A stretch of 63,981 nucleotides of DNA from Chiloscyllium plagiosum (taxonomy: Eukaryota). The notes below the pieces were generated by a model. That model saw only the letters and a program-made list of their open reading frames with translations. It ran no database searches and was not told where the DNA came from. The position numbers and the translations under genes were made by a program. Shown in pieces: positions 23,390 through 37,000 of this stretch (its first letter is position 1; each line of letters begins with the position of its first letter). The stretch is taken from the NCBI RefSeq assembly GCF_004010195.1, contig NC_057720.1, positions 13,278,042 through 13,342,022 on the forward strand, read 5' to 3'.

Positions 23390-25600
23390 GATTGCATTCC
23401 AGAGATTTTTCCACCTTTTTTTTTAAGACCTCCTGCACTTCCTCTTCTTTAATGTGAACTGTTTTCAAATCAATATTCTTTTCCCTGAATCCTCTAGCTT
23501 CCATTTCTTTCTGCACAGTAAAATATTAATTTAATATCACTTCCATCTCGTGAGATTCAACACAAAGACAACCTCTTTGGTCGATAATGTGTTGTATTTT
23601 TTATCTAGTCGCTGTCTTGATCATAATGTACTTGTAAAATCTCTTTGGATTATCTTTAACCTTATCTGGCAAGGCTATCTCAGAATCCCTGTTGCCTTCC
23701 TGATCTCCCTCTTAAAAATGCCCCAACGCTGTTTATACTAACTGATGAGGGAGCAGCGCTCAGAAAGCCAGTGCTTCCAAATAAACCTGTTAGACTGTAA
23801 CCTGGTGTTGTGTGATTTTTAACTCTTTATACTGATTAAGAGATTTATTTGAACCTAGTTGTCTGTACGTCATATATGGATTCTTTTTTATCCTTGACTA
23901 GAACCTCAATTTCTTTATTTATTCATTGTTCTCTAATCCTATCGAATATTCCTTTACCTGCAAACAGTCTACTCTGAGCAACTTCTGAATGTTCTTGTCC
24001 CATACCATTAAAGTTTGCCTTAATACAATTAAAAACTTTAACTATTATCAGAGATGTAGCCTTTTCCATAACTATTTAAAAATAAATAGAATTGTGACCA
24101 CTAGACTCAGTGTTCACTTATTATCACTTGAGTTACTTGCCCTGGCCTATTACCTAAGAGAAGGTCAAGTTTTGCTCCTTCTTTAGTAGGAACATTTATA
24201 TATTCATAAAGAAATTTTCTTGAACATATTTAACAAATTCTTCACCATCCAAACTTTTAACATTATGGTAGTCACTCAATGTTTGGAAAATTAAAATCAC
24301 CCACTATTACAATCTTATTATTCTCACATATATCTGAGATCTCTCTACTTATTTGTTCCTCAGTTTCCCTCTGACTATTGGGGGGGGGGGGGGGGGTCCA
24401 TACTACAATCCCAGCAAGGTGATCATTCCTTTCTTATTTCTAATTTCAACCCATATATTTTCACTGGATGATTTATCAGAAATATCTTCTCTAGTTACAG
24501 CAGTAATATTTTCCTTAATCAAAAATGTCACTTTTCCTCTTTTGCCTCCCTTTCTATCCTTCCAAAGCATCTGAAACCCAGAACGTTGAGCTGCCAGTGC
24601 TGCCCATCCCTCAGCCAAATTTCTGTAATAGATATGATGTCCCAGTCCCATGTTCCCAAACACGCCCTGAGTTCATCAGCCTTACCTGGAAGACCCTTGC
24701 ATTAAAATAAATGCAGTTTAATTCTTCAGAGTTACTTTGTTCTCTGACTAGGTCTTGTCTGTTTTTTCTAATGAACTTGTTTCTTTCAGATTCAAAAGCA
24801 GCCTCGTCTGTCTTTCCATTTACTCCGCTACTTAAGATTCCTTCCCCCTCCATAGAATTTGTAAGTCTCTCTGCTTGGATATTGGTCCTTTCCCAGTTCA
24901 GGTGAAACTCATCCTATTTGAACAGGTCTCCTCTGCTGCACAGGAAAATCCCAATGATCCAAGGCCCTTGATCACTGAATCTCTTCAGACATTGATTTAT
25001 CTTCTTTATCCTTTCATTCCTTCCCTTATTTGAGCTTGGCATCAGGGGTAAATCAGAAATTATTACTTTTAAGGTTCTGCTCTTTAATCTTCTACCTAAC
25101 CTCTTATATTAACTCTGTAGAGCGCTTAATCTTTTCCCTAACTATCTCATTCCTGTCAATGTGTACAATAACTTACAGCGTCTCACTCTCCCATTTAACA
25201 ATATGCTTCAAATATTTTGAGACATCCTTAATCCTGCAGCTAGGAAAGCAACATACTATCCTAGATTCAAGCACACTGCCACAGAATCTCCTGTCTGTGC
25301 CCTTGACAGGTGAATCCCCTATTAAATTATTCTTTTAAATTTTATTAAACCCCGCCTAACATAGATTCATTTTTAGTGCCCAAGGTTTGACTGCATCTTC
25401 TATTTTCGTCTGAGAGACTATCCTTTTCAGCTGTACCCAAAACTGAGTATCTGTTTGAGAGAGGAATAGCCACAGGAGATTTCTGAACTAACTTCTTACC
25501 TTTCCTGAAAGTCACCCGTCTATCTGACTGATCCTGCAGTGTAATCACTTTTCAATCTACTAGCCATCGAACTCTGTGACTCTTGTAAGCCCTCAATGAC
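23390..25600 (-). mobile_element. Degenerate CR1 (ORF1 and ORF2 endonuclease region)
   Basis: LNCIYFNAR, KDRKGGKRGKV.FLIKE, IWVEIRNKKG and IPLSNRYSVL are homologous to the element at 1-2825. Confidence 0.82.
23741..23822 (+). mobile_element. Single-arm family B insert starting at the hammerhead core
   Basis: aCTGATGAgggagcagcgctcaGAAAgccagtg..aaacctgttagactgtaacctggtgttg; TSD ct(g/c)tttatact at 23729-23739 and 23823-23833. Confidence 0.78.
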
Positions 25601-26084
25601 ATTAAACCTAAAAAAACAAGCAGCTTTCAATAGAACCTAGTTTTGGACAGCTCTCTATCAAAGCTTTGTTGCATTTTCACCACTGAACAGTGTACATGAC
25701 TTAGATGACTTAGAGTTTGCTCTTAGAATGGATTATTTGCAAGATGCAGATGCTTATTTCATATTTGGTTTTATTTAACATCTTTTTCTAAATGCAAAAC
25801 TAAATATTTATTGGCTCCATTAAGTAATGAAATTTAAGTAAATTAATTTCTGATTTATCTGATAGCTTAGTGACTTTATCCTGTGGGCACCCAAGTCCTA
25901 GTGACTAAAAAGTTTTAAAGAGCTACCTATTTGGATTTAACCCATCTTAGCTAAGACAGCTGTGGAAATACTATTGTGCAAAAAGTAGTGGCAGGCCAAA
26001 TGATTGGTCAGAGAATGACTGAAAAATTAATTAAGGAAAGAAATTAGAATGAGAGGAGGACAGCAATAAAAATAAAAATATAAA

Positions 26085-26745
26085 ACAATCTGAATTCTGT
26101 GGTGTTAGCATTGATTCCAAGAGAACACTCCTACTGTTCTTTATGTAAGACCTTGGTATCTCTTACATTCCCTTGACACTGCAAGTTCAACTTCACTTTA
26201 ACTTCATCATCCAAAGAATGGCTTCCTCAATAGTACGGCATTTCTCAGTAAAGCTTTGAATTGTCATGTGAAATAGTGTTCAAGTTCCAGAACTGGACCT
26301 TGACATTTTTTTCATTTGCCCATGGAGTACGGGTGTTGGTAGCTAGGCCAGGATTTATTGCCCATTCCTAATTACAGAGGAACTGAATGGCTTGCTCAGC
26401 CCATTCAGAGGAGAGTTAACAGTCATTGCGTCTAGGGGTACATAAACAACAAGTAAGGACAGCAAATTTATCTATTTCCTTTATCTATTAGTGAACCTGT
26501 TTCTCTTTTTGATGATAGTTGACACTGGTTGCTATTAGGCTACCTTTTAATGTCAGATTTTATTGAGTTTAAATTTCACTATGTGTCATGGTACGATTCC
26601 AACCCATGACCACAAACATCAAACCGGGTTTCTGGCTTACTGTCCAGTGGCATTACCACTATACCACTCTCTCCCTCTATGCTCATCCTTTGCCGATCAG
26701 ACTTTGTGACAAGAATATTGCTCCTGAACCAAAGCTGGCACATAA
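26085..26745 (-). mobile_element. Old Deu-domain-type (SacSINE1-like) SINE interrupted by a SINE family B copy (26310-26665)
   Basis: Degenerate catccaaagaatggc..ctcagta..gtcatgtgaaatagtgttcaagttccaga resumes at ~26680; the nested SINE has ggatttattgcccattcctaatt. Confidence 0.55.
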
Positions 26746-27205
26746 TAGAGTCATAGAAATGTACAGCGTGGAAACAGACCCTTCGGTCCAACTCATCCAT
26801 GCTGACCAGATATCCTACATTAATCTAGTCCCACTTGCCAGCACTTGCCCCATTTCCCTCTAAACCCTTCCTATTCATATACCCATCCAGATGCTTTTTA
26901 AATGTTGTAATTGTACTAGCCTCCACCACTTCCTCTGGTAGGTCATTCCATACACGCACCACCAACTGCATGTAAACGTTGCCCCTTAGATTCCTTTTAA
27001 ATCTTTACCCTCTCACCCTAAACCCAGGGAAAAGACCTTGTCTCTTTACCCTATCCATACCCCTCATAATTTTATAGGTCTGTATAAGGTCACCCTTCGA
27101 CCTCCAACGCTCCAGGGAAAACAGCCCCAGTCTATTTCGCCTCTCCCAATAGATCAAATCCTCCAACCCTGGCAACATCCTTGTAAATCTTTTCTGAATC
27201 CTTTC
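26746..27205 (-). mobile_element. HER1-type CR1 3' fragment
   Basis: Same tail as 22060; ORF 27005..27262 ERIQKRFTRMLPGLEDL. Confidence 0.88.
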
Positions 27206-28185
27206 TTGAGGCTGTGGGAAAGGAGATATGGCAGAAAATTCGTGGAGCAAAACAAATTTCAAAAAAACTTGAATTCAGTTCACCCTTGTAATTCTTGCTG
27301 TCAGATATATAATTGTAAATGGAGAGTACTTTCATTCAAGTTACCCGAAAATAATGTAATCAAATGAATGTCAAATAACTGTGAATCACAAGGCAGATCT
27401 CAATTTTTTTAATAGCCTACTTGAACCTCAAGATTAGATTGCACCTTGAGCTCCTTCTCTTCTATTGATCCTGCACGTAAAAGTTCTTTGATGTGTGATA
27501 TTTAAAATAATTTATGATCACAAGGATGAATAGCTGTTGGTTTATAGAAATATCTGGTTGCTTACAGTATAGTCTTGACCAGTCTTGAATAGAAACTTAT
27601 CAAGTGTACTTTTACATGAAAAGAACAGTGAATAATTTTATAAGTCGTCCCACCATGGCACTTGCATACATAATTTTAAAAAACGTAAAATTGAAGACGA
27701 AGTTAATCAGTTCAGTTAATGACTTCTCGGCTTTGGGAAGGCCGATTAAGGAAAGATGTAGCAGGGACAAGATTGCCACGCCGAATTGCTGGAATAATGG
27801 GCTGGAGGACTCCACTGAAGAAGATCACCTTGCTGGACTGAGACCACCAGCCCTGGGCAAGATCACCTGCCAGGCCACTGGAATACCTGGATACCAAAGA
27901 CAAAGAAAACGTCCACACAGGGGCAAGACAGCCTTTCTCTTCCTTCAGGCATTCAGGCCTAGCTGCGGACCTGGAGCCTTAGCTTAGCTCACAAGTCCAG
28001 GCTGGGGTGTCAGCGCAGAACCTGTATCTCACTCATCGGGAGGCCTTGGGCCGTGTCCAGCTCATCCTGGCGTTGGTGCCGTGGCTGCTGGAGGCTACCC
28101 CTTCACTCCCTGCCACACTCCAGGCTAAAAAGAAAACAAAAAAAAGAAAAAGAGCAAAAGTAAAAAGAAGAAAGAGAGAAAGAAA

Positions 28186-28285
28186 GCCTGAGGGAAGGGT
28201 CACTGGATCTGAAACATTAACTCTGATTTCAATTTGCAGATGCTGCCAGACCATTTGAGCTTTTCTAGCAAATTCTGTTTTTATA
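28186..28285 (+). mobile_element. Penelope-derived 3' end fragment with degenerate hammerhead core
   Basis: cCTGAgggaagggtcactggatctGAAAcattaactctg..cagatgctgccagacc..gcttttctagca, resembling the family A 3' end. Confidence 0.55.
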
Positions 28286-28883
28286 TTCCTGCTTTTGCTT
28301 AGTTATATTTTTGTTGAATTGGCAAGCATATTAATAACCTACTTACAGGGATGGTCTTCATTCCAAATTAAATTCAACTTAATCTACAGTATTAATCTAA
28401 AAGCACAACCACCTTCTAAATACTAGCAGCTCATTCTGGTTAACGGCATACTTGGCTGAAGTATAGGTTTGTAAATTAAATATACTGGGACTTACTCTAA
28501 TAAACTTATCAAGCCCAGCTGGTGTTGTAATGTTGTGGTTGTGGCAGGTTAATAAAAGATTTTCAATCAGCATTTCTCAACTGTTTTTGATATACATTTG
28601 TTTAAGAATTGGAATTCTGTTCCAAGTAAGATTTAAGGAGCCATAAGCATTTAGAGCACTGGTTCAATTGATATATGGTTTGTTGCAACATGTTCAAAAT
28701 TAGTTGAGTTAAAAATATTATAGTGTCTTAAGATTGCTAGACTGACTTTGACATCCTGATGCTTCTGAAGCATTGATTTGAGAACATGAAATGATTGGTA
28801 GCACTTATTTCTGCTTGTACTGATTTACTGTTAGCTTGCAGCAATTTCTTTCTCTTTCTTCCCTCACCCCTCCCCTTCGTCAG

Positions 28884-28981
28884 ACATTTGATGAATGTGT
28901 TGCAGCTGGTGGGTCAGACTGTGCTCCAGAGAAACTTTGGCTTCAGATTCCTTTCTTTTGTGGCCACAGTTCAGAATGCTG
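28884..28981 (+). CDS. HS2ST1: HS2ST1 internal coding exon (equivalent to human exon 5)
   Basis: Pyrimidine tract and CAG at 28881-28883; 98 bp encoding TFDECVAAGGSDCAPEKLWLQIPFFCGHSSEC(W); GTAGGT donor at 28982; phases fit the neighbouring exons. Confidence 0.97.
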
Positions 28982-30019
28982 GTAGGTACAATAGAAAATT
29001 TAAAGTATTCAATTAAAGCTCAAAACATATATTAAACATTTTTTCAAAATTAAATACTGACTTGACATAATTATGTACATTTGGCAGACTATTTGTTACA
29101 CCTTTACAGAATAAAGTATTTTTCAATGCTTGAAAAATAAATCCATTCCACAGAGTATAATTTGTAATTTAGATTGAAATGCAGCTTGGACTGATGACAT
29201 TGAAAATTCCCTTCTCACTAGTGCCTGTGAAGTCTTATTGAATGTGGGAAATAAGAATGGGCACAAAGCACAAATGGGCACAAGCACTCATTGGCACTAA
29301 AATATCAATGGAGACAGTAGCAATCTTGAGTGAAATGGCAGATTTACCCCATTTAATGGTAATAGATAGAGTTCAATGTTGAGGCTGAGATTAAAAGACT
29401 GAGACATAAGTTTAATTTGGAAAGAAAATAGGAAACATACATTTTAAAAAATCTTTGAAAAGGGGAATTGTGGAACATATATTAACAAGGGGGAGAAAAT
29501 AAAATTTCAGACTTACTCTGCAGGAGTTCCTCAGGAGAGTGGCGTAGACTCCATCTTCAGCTGCTTCATCAATGACCTTCCTTCCATCGTAAGGTCTGAA
29601 GTGAGGATATTTGTTGATCATTACAGAATGTGTAGCACCATTTGCTCAACCTCACACACTGAAGTATGTCCAAATGCATTAAGACCTGGACAGTATCCAG
29701 GCTTGGGTTGACAACTGGCAAATAACATGCATACCACACAATTGCCAAGCAATGACCATCTTGTATAAAATTCAATTAGACCACCACCCTTAACATTCAA
29801 TGGTGTTACCATCATTGAATCTTCCACTATCAACATCCTGAGGTTACCATTGACTAGAAACTGAACCGGACTCTCCATATGAGTACAGTGGCTACAAGAC
29901 CAGGTCAGAGGTTATGATTACTGTAGCGAGTAACACTTCCCGACTCCCCATAGTCTGTCCACCATCCACAAGGCATAAATCAGTTAGAAAACTTTCCACT
30001 TGCTTGAATGAACACTATT

Positions 30020-30300
30020 AACTGGTATAAGAAAGATGTTGAACTTGAAAGGCTTCAGTAAAAATTTTCAAGGACGTTGCCAGGATTGGAGGGTTTGAAT
30101 TATAGAGAGAGACTGAATAGACTGGAGCTTGTTTCCCTGGAATTTGAGGCTGAGGGGTGACCTCACAGAGGTTTATAAAATCATGAGGGGCATTGATCGA
30201 GTAATAGCCTTTCCCCCAGAGTAAGGGAGTCCAAAAGTCAAAGGCATAGGTTTATGGTGAGAGGGGTAAGATTTAAAAGGAACCTGAGGGGCAACATTTT
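30020..30300 (+). mobile_element. HER1-type CR1 3' fragment (tail resumes at ~33421-33467)
   Basis: gaaagatgttgaacttgaaagg..ggtgacctcacagaggtttataaaatcatgag. Confidence 0.78.
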
Positions 30301-33300
30301 AGACCATGAGAGCAGAAATTAGGCTACTCGGCCCATTGAGTCTGCTTCGCTATTCAGTCATGGCTGATAAGTTTCTCAACCCCTTCTTCCAGCTTTCTCC
30401 CAGTAACCCTTGATCCCTTTACAGTCAAGAACCTATCTATCTCAGTCTTAAATATACTCAATGACCTGGCCTTCACAGCCTTCTGTGGTAGTGAATTTCA
30501 GAGATTCACCACTCTCTGGCTGAAGAAGTTTCTCCTTATCTCTGTTCTAAAAGATTTTCTGTTTACTTTAAGGCTGTGCCTTCAGGTCCAAGTCTCTCCC
30601 ACCAATGGAAACATCCTCCCAACATGTACACTGTCCAGGCCATTCAGTATTCTGTAAGCTTCAAGATCACTCCTCATTCTTACCAACTCTGTCGAGTATA
30701 GACCCAGAATCCTTAAATGTTCCTCATATGTCAAGCTTTTTATTCCTGGGGCCATTCTGGTGAATCTCCTCTGAACACTCGAGCCAATACATCTTTTCTG
30801 AGATATGGGGCCCAAAACTGCACGCAGTACTCCAAATATGATCTGATAAGAGCCTTCTCGAGCCTCAGAAGTACATCCTGCTTTTATATTCAAGTCCTCT
30901 GGAAATAAATGCCATCTTTGCATTTGCCTTCCTAACTACCCTACTGACTCAACCTACAGGTTTACCTTGAGAGAATCCTGGACTGGAGCTACCAAGTCTC
31001 TTTGCAGTTCCGACTTTTCTCCCCATTTAGAAAATAGTCCATGTCTCTGTTCTTCCTACCAAAGTGCATGACCTCACACTTTCCCATATTGTGTTCCATC
31101 TGCCGCTTCTTTGCCCACTCTCCTAATCTGTCCGAATCCTTCTGCTGCCTCTCTGACTCCTCATTGCAACCTATTCCTCTACCTATCTTTGTATCGTCTG
31201 CAAACTTGGCCAGAATGCCCTCAGTTCCTTCATCTAGATCATTAATATATGAAGTGAATAGTTGTGGTCTCAACACTGAGCCTTGCAAAACACCAGCTGC
31301 CATCCTGAGAAGGACCCTTTTATCCCCACTCTCTGCTTTCTGCCAGGCAGCCAAGCTTCTATCCATGCTGGCACCTTGCCTCTAAAACCGTGGACTCTGA
31401 TCTTACTCAGTAGTCTCGTGTGTGGCACCTTGTCAGAGGCCTTCTTGAAGTCCAAGTAGATAACATCCATTGGCTCTCCTTGGTCTAACCTGCTAAATTC
31501 TTCCTCAAAGGATTCTAGCAGGTTTATCAGGCAAGATCTACCCTTATGGAACCATGCTGAATCTGCCCTATTTTACCATACACTTCCAAGTATTCAGAAA
31601 TTTCATCCTTCACGATGGATTCCAGGATCTTACCCATGACCGAGGTTAAGCTAATCAGTCTGTAATTTTCCATCTTCAGCCTTACTCCCTTTTTAAACAG
31701 GGGTGTTATGTTAGCGATTTACCAGTCCTCTGGGACCCTCCCTAATTCTAGTGATTCCTGAAAGATTACCACTGATATCTCTGTTATCTCTTCAGCTGTC
31801 TTATCTCTGTATCTCTTCAGCTGTCTCCCTTAGAACTCTGGGGTGTAGTCCATCTGGTCCAGATGATTTATCCTACTTCACGCCATTCAGTTTTTTCTAG
31901 CACTTTCCCCTTGGTAATGGCCACCATAATCAGCTCTGCCCTCTCACTGTTTTGAATTTTTGGGAAATTACTTGTGTCATCTACTGTGAAGACTGACGCA
32001 AAGTAATTATTCAGTTCCTCAGCCATTTCTTTGTTCCTCATTGTTGTCTCTTCTATGTCATTTTCCAGCAGCCCATTGTCCATTTTTGCCTCTCTTTTGC
32101 CCTTTATACATCTAAAGAAGCTCTTACAGTCTTCCTTTACATTACTGGCGAGCTTATCCTCATATTTAATCTTCTCCCTCCTTATTTCTTTTATTGTTGC
32201 CCTTTGTTGGTCTTTGTAAGCTCTCCAATCCTCTGGTTTCCCACTGTTCTTCAGTACTTTATATGCTTTCTCTTTTGCTTAAATGTTATCCCTGACTTCC
32301 TTACTCAGCCATAGTTGCCTCATCCTCCCTGTACCATGCTTCCTTTTCCTTGGGATGAATCACTGCTGTCTCTCCTGAATTACTCCCAGAAACACCTGCC
32401 GTTGCTGTTCCACTGTCTTTCCTGCTAGGCTCCTCTCCCAGTCAATTCTACCCAGCTCCTCCCTCATGCCTCTGTCCTTACCTTTTATTCAGCTGAAATA
32501 CAGTTACCTCTGATTCTGTCTTCTGTCTCTCAAATTGTAGAGTAAATTTGATTATGCTATGATCACTGCTTCCTAAGGGTTCCTTCACCTTAAGCGCGAT
32601 TATAAAATCTGCTTCATCGCGCAATACTAAGTCCAGTATTGCTTGTTCCCTAGTGGGGTCCATCACAAGCTGCTTCAAAAAGCCATCTCATAGACATTCC
32701 ACAAATTCCCTTTCTTGTGACCCACTACCAACCTGAATTTCCCAGTCCACCTGCATATTGAAATCTCCCATGATCACTGTAACTTTGCCTTTCCTGCAAA
32801 TCTTTCTTATCTCCTGGTGTATCTTATGCCCCAGCTCCTGACTACTGTTTGGAGGCCTATACATGACTCCATTTTTTCACATTTGCAGTTCCTCATTTCT
32901 ACCTATGTAGATTCTACACCATCTGACCATACTTCATTTCTCACTATTGATTTAATTTCAGTTTTTACTATTAGGGCAATGCCAACCCCTCTGCCCACCT
33001 GCTTATCTTTTCAATAGGATGTATATCCTTGAATATTCAGCTCACAATCCTAATCCCCTTGCAGCCACGTCTCCGTGATACCCACCATGTCATAACTGCC
33101 AATTTTGATATGCACCACAAGCTCATTTACCTTATTCCTTATACTGCATGCATTCAGATAGAACGCCTTAAGTCCTATATTAACTATCGTTCTTTTCATT
33201 ATCATTTGTTTGTCCAGTGTACTTGAAGATTGATTGCTAACCCTTTTCAGATACTCTGCCCGATTTGTGTCTGTGCTGGAGATTTTAATAACCTCTTCTG

Positions 33301-33420
33301 AGGTCTGCACTGTTACTTCCTGTTTTAATTTGGGCTTTCTAATTTGCCCTGTAACTGAACGCCCCCACTCCCGCTGCCCACATTTATTTTAAAGCCTTGT
33401 CTGCAGCCCTAGTTGTGCGA
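30301..33420 (-). mobile_element. CR1 LINE, near-complete degenerate ORF2
   Basis: EN: YLNACSIRNKVNEL..VGITETWL and PTREQAILDLVL..GSSDH. RT: IYLDFKKASDKVPH and QGSVLRPQLF..AKFADDTK. 3' tail at 30301. Confidence 0.92.
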
Positions 33421-35209
33421 TTTGGTAGATGAGTTAGATCAAGGCTGTATTTCCAGCTGTATGACTCAGAGTGTAGTTCCAACATCGCTCACAGCTTGAC
33501 AGCATCCAGGGCAAAGCAGCCCACTTGATTGGCACCACATCCACTCTTTCTTCCCCCCCCACCACATCACCAATATTCAGTAGCAGCAGTGTATACCATC
33601 TACAAGATGCATTGCAGAAATATACCAAAGAGTCTTTGAACCTTGCAACCCTGCAACAAGGACAAGAGCATCATATATATAGAAACACCAGCAGCCACAA
33701 GTTCTCCTCCAAGACACTCATCATCCTGAGTTGAAAATATACTGCCATTCTTTCACTGTCAATGGATCAGAATCCTGGAATTCCGTTCCAAGTGTCATTG
33801 TGGGTCTACTGACAGCACAGTGGTTCAAGAATGAAGCTCACCACCACCTTCACATGGACAACTTGTGCTGGATAATAAATACTGACAGCCAATTATGCCC
33901 ACTTCCCATGAGTGATTTTGTTTTTGTTTTAAAACGTAGCATGCAATTTTAAAAGAAGGACTGGATAAAATTGTACCAGGAAAGGAAATGCAAAGCACTT
34001 AATTTCTGAATCACATAAGGATCCAAGTGGAAAGCTTGGAAAGGTAGATAAGGTGACCAATGATTTTCTATTGCCCAAACTATTAATCTGTTATTAATTT
34101 CTGCTCTGAAGAATTGGATTTTGAATTCAATGTAGTCCATTAAGTTCAAAAGTCTACCACTTTTAAATCAGTCACAGATGAAATAATTTTCATTTGGGTA
34201 CATGCCCACAATTCAAAGCTGGTTTGCACAAAGTGTAATATACTGTACCCTTTCACTTAGGATGCAATGAGGATGAATGAAATGAAAAATAAGAAGTATT
34301 GGTGGGATTATGGTTAAGACATACAGGAGTTTTACTTTGCGTTTCTTAATCTCAATTTGGAGTTGATTGGTAGCACTCATGGTTGTGTGACAGATGTAGT
34401 GTAAGGATCCAGAATTCTCGAGTTGAGTACATAACTCCAGGTGGTGCTTAAATACGGCGTGATGACTATCCTTTGGATAGGGCAATAAACTGAAGTACCG
34501 TTACTATTGAAGCAATAGAATCTCCGATCCGATTTTCCAACATGTTTGTCTTGAGATATGCTATTTTATAAAAGTTATGTAGTGCTTGTATTCACACAAT
34601 CTGATTTGCCATCAAGGGCACATTCTTCATACAACCCACGTCATCTTAATGGAAAGCCAAGGTTCTTCTGCATTGATACATCTGTGGAGGCGTGATAAAT
34701 GGGAAGAAAGCAATATTAGATGATTTCTGCTTGGTTTTCCAATTACGTTTTTCTGAATGGAGATTGTTTGCTGTTAAAAGTGACTGTAGTGTTTCAACTT
34801 CATCTGACAGAAACATAGGCCCTGATTTACCAGTGGCCAGATAGTCATTTGCGCAGAACAGGCTAGAGTTGTGTGTTGGAACCCTGCAGAATTCACAAGA
34901 TAACAGACTCCAAGGGAATTACTCAGAAAACTGAAGATTTTCTGGGCAATTTCCCTACACTTTTCCTCTGAAAGTATCCATTTGAACTGGAGAATTCATA
35001 AGGTTTCTCTACACTTAAATTGATAGTCTAACATTTCCTGCATAACTATGTAAAGTCTTGTCTAACTCCTGTGTAAGTACTAAACTAACTCCTAAATTTC
35101 ATTCACTCCTCAACTACACGTCATCAAACTCTTAGACCTCTGCTTTCAGAAGTGTCTCCCACCAACCGCTGCTGTCAACTCTCCCATCGCTCACTTTCCT
35201 GACACATTG

Positions 35210-35335
35210 CTGATGAAGGGCTTTTGCCCGAAACGCTGATTTTCCTGCTCCTCGGATGCTGCCTGATCTGTGCTTTTCCAGCACCACTCTGATCTAAACT
35301 CTGGTTTCCAGCATCTGCAGTCCTCATTTTTGCCT
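35210..35335 (+). mobile_element. Single-arm family A insert starting at the hammerhead core
   Basis: CTGATGA-A-gggc(tttt)gccc-GAAACG..cctgctcctcggatgctgcc..ccagcatctgcagtcctc. Confidence 0.8.
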
Positions 35336-36601
35336 ACATTTCCACCCCCACCAACACTTCCAATCTCCCTGATAGGCCATATCCCCTTAACCTACCCTAA
35401 ACATCAGTTGCTTACCTGGTGGCCTTGACATGGCACTCACCTGAGACCCCAAACTTTCACCTACCTTACATGCTTGCCCTATCTCAGTAGCCATCCATGC
35501 TGCTCGACACTTAGTCACAATATGACAACTATTGCCGTGAAGAAACTGGTATGTTTTGCTTTTCCATAACAATTCTGCAGTACGAAGACACAGTTGGATT
35601 CAAGGCGTATTCCACATTTCTACACGTTCCAAGATCAGAATCTCCTGCCAGAGGTTCGGAACTCACTCTTAAAGATGTAGGAGCTGAATGGCAACATAAC
35701 TGTAACTGCCACTCCTTAGAAAATCCATCCAATAGATTTTATGAAAGTGAAACATCAAAACATCTTTTGAGATGTAAGTTTTTGAATCGTCAGAGTAGGT
35801 GCTGACTAGCTAACATTGTAGAAAAACAGTGAATCTCTGGTTGCCGTAATTAAATTTTATATTTAAAGCAAGAACCTTTTGGTTAGATTCGGGAATGTTC
35901 CTGCAATCTTAGCCATTGAGCTTTTGAGAAGCATTTGGGCCATTTGTCATAGTGTGGGATTTCACACCTTGTGCACAGCCAGAAGTTTAGAATGTCTAGA
36001 CAGAAGAGTTACTGGTGTTGCAGGCTAATAGCAGCAACTGCAGCATTGCTGTAAAATAGTCAATGACCTATATTTCTAAAAAATAAATCTTTAAAATATT
36101 ATGCTGTATGTGAATAATCACCAAATGACATCTTCTAAGTTTGAATGGGTACTGTAACATGGTTATGTTCAGTATTACTCGAAAGTACATTCTGATTTAG
36201 TTTGCATTTTTTAAAAACATTTTAGAAATTGCAGCGCTCAGTGGGATTTATGCTAAGTATTAATTTACACAATATGCCTGGGATTTTCTACTGGCCCTGT
36301 TGATAGCTAACTGGCTGTGAATGATATAAAATGCCCAGTGACTTGTATTGTCAGACTGTCTGTTTACCCATCTGACTTGAAGAGAAAAGGTTGTCAATAA
36401 AAGCTTATTATTCGCCTTGGTAAAAGTAGTGGCATCTGTGACCTATTTCCTAAACATCAATGTTTTTAATAAGATTGTAACTGCAACAGAAAAGAGAGAG
36501 ATTCATTGTTTTTTTCCAGTTGTAATTATGATATATAAGGATCTGTACAAATCCTTTTTTCTGTCTATACTACCAACTGCCATAACTCTTTGTCTTTATA
36601 G

Positions 36602-36759
36602 GAATGTTGGAAGCAAATGGGCTTTGGAGCAAGCCAAATACAACTTGGTGAACGAGTATCTTCTTGTCGGGATAACTGAGGAATTAGAAGACTTTATAAT
36701 GCTCCTGGAAGCCGTCTTGCCACGCTTCTTTAGAGGAGCAACAGAATTATATCGTACAG
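36602..36759 (+). CDS. HS2ST1: HS2ST1 internal coding exon (equivalent to human exon 6)
   Basis: TTTATAG acceptor; 158 bp encoding (W)NVGSKWALEQAKYNLVNEYLLVGITEELEDFIMLLEAVLPRFFRGATELYRT(G); GT donor at 36760; lies inside ORF 36417..36794. Confidence 0.97.
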
Positions 36760-36794
36760 GTCTGTCTGAAAATGATGTATGCTTGGAAATGTAG

Positions 36795-37000
36795 TTCTAA
36801 TCTCTTAACCACCCAATCTCCTTGTGATGTAACTTTCAAAGAACCATGTATCTGAACCTCTAGGTCTCTTTGTTCGACAATGCTACCCAGGGCCCTACCA
36901 TTAATTGTATAACTCCTGCCGTTGTTTGTTTTTACCAAAATGCATATCTCCCCTTCCTCCAAATTAAGCTCCATCTGCCACTCCTCAGCCCTTTGGCCCA
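36795..37000 (-). mobile_element. CR1 RT fragment just downstream of the exon 6 donor
   Basis: ORF 36747..37070 GRALGSIVEQRDLEVQIHGSLKV, antisense to 38390-38580. Confidence 0.8.

Larger units (their letters stand above)
29517..33920 (+). mobile_element. CR1/L2-group LINE 3' half (same family as 12675-16130), split by nested CR1s
   Basis: 29517-30010 and ~33468-33920 are contiguous in the homologous copy (ccacttgc..|gtgtagttccaaca). Confidence 0.8.

Noticed and set aside
24380..24396. G17 run, and the G-rich tract at 5963-5983, as functional G-quadruplexes
   Set aside because: These are slippage expansions inside CR1 copies; the same site is a shorter G run at positions 6-12.
28979..28985. 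In-frame TAG at the exon 5 donor (TG/GTAG) as a programmed short isoform
   Set aside because: Stop codons within GTAG/GTAA donors are common; no transcript evidence is available.
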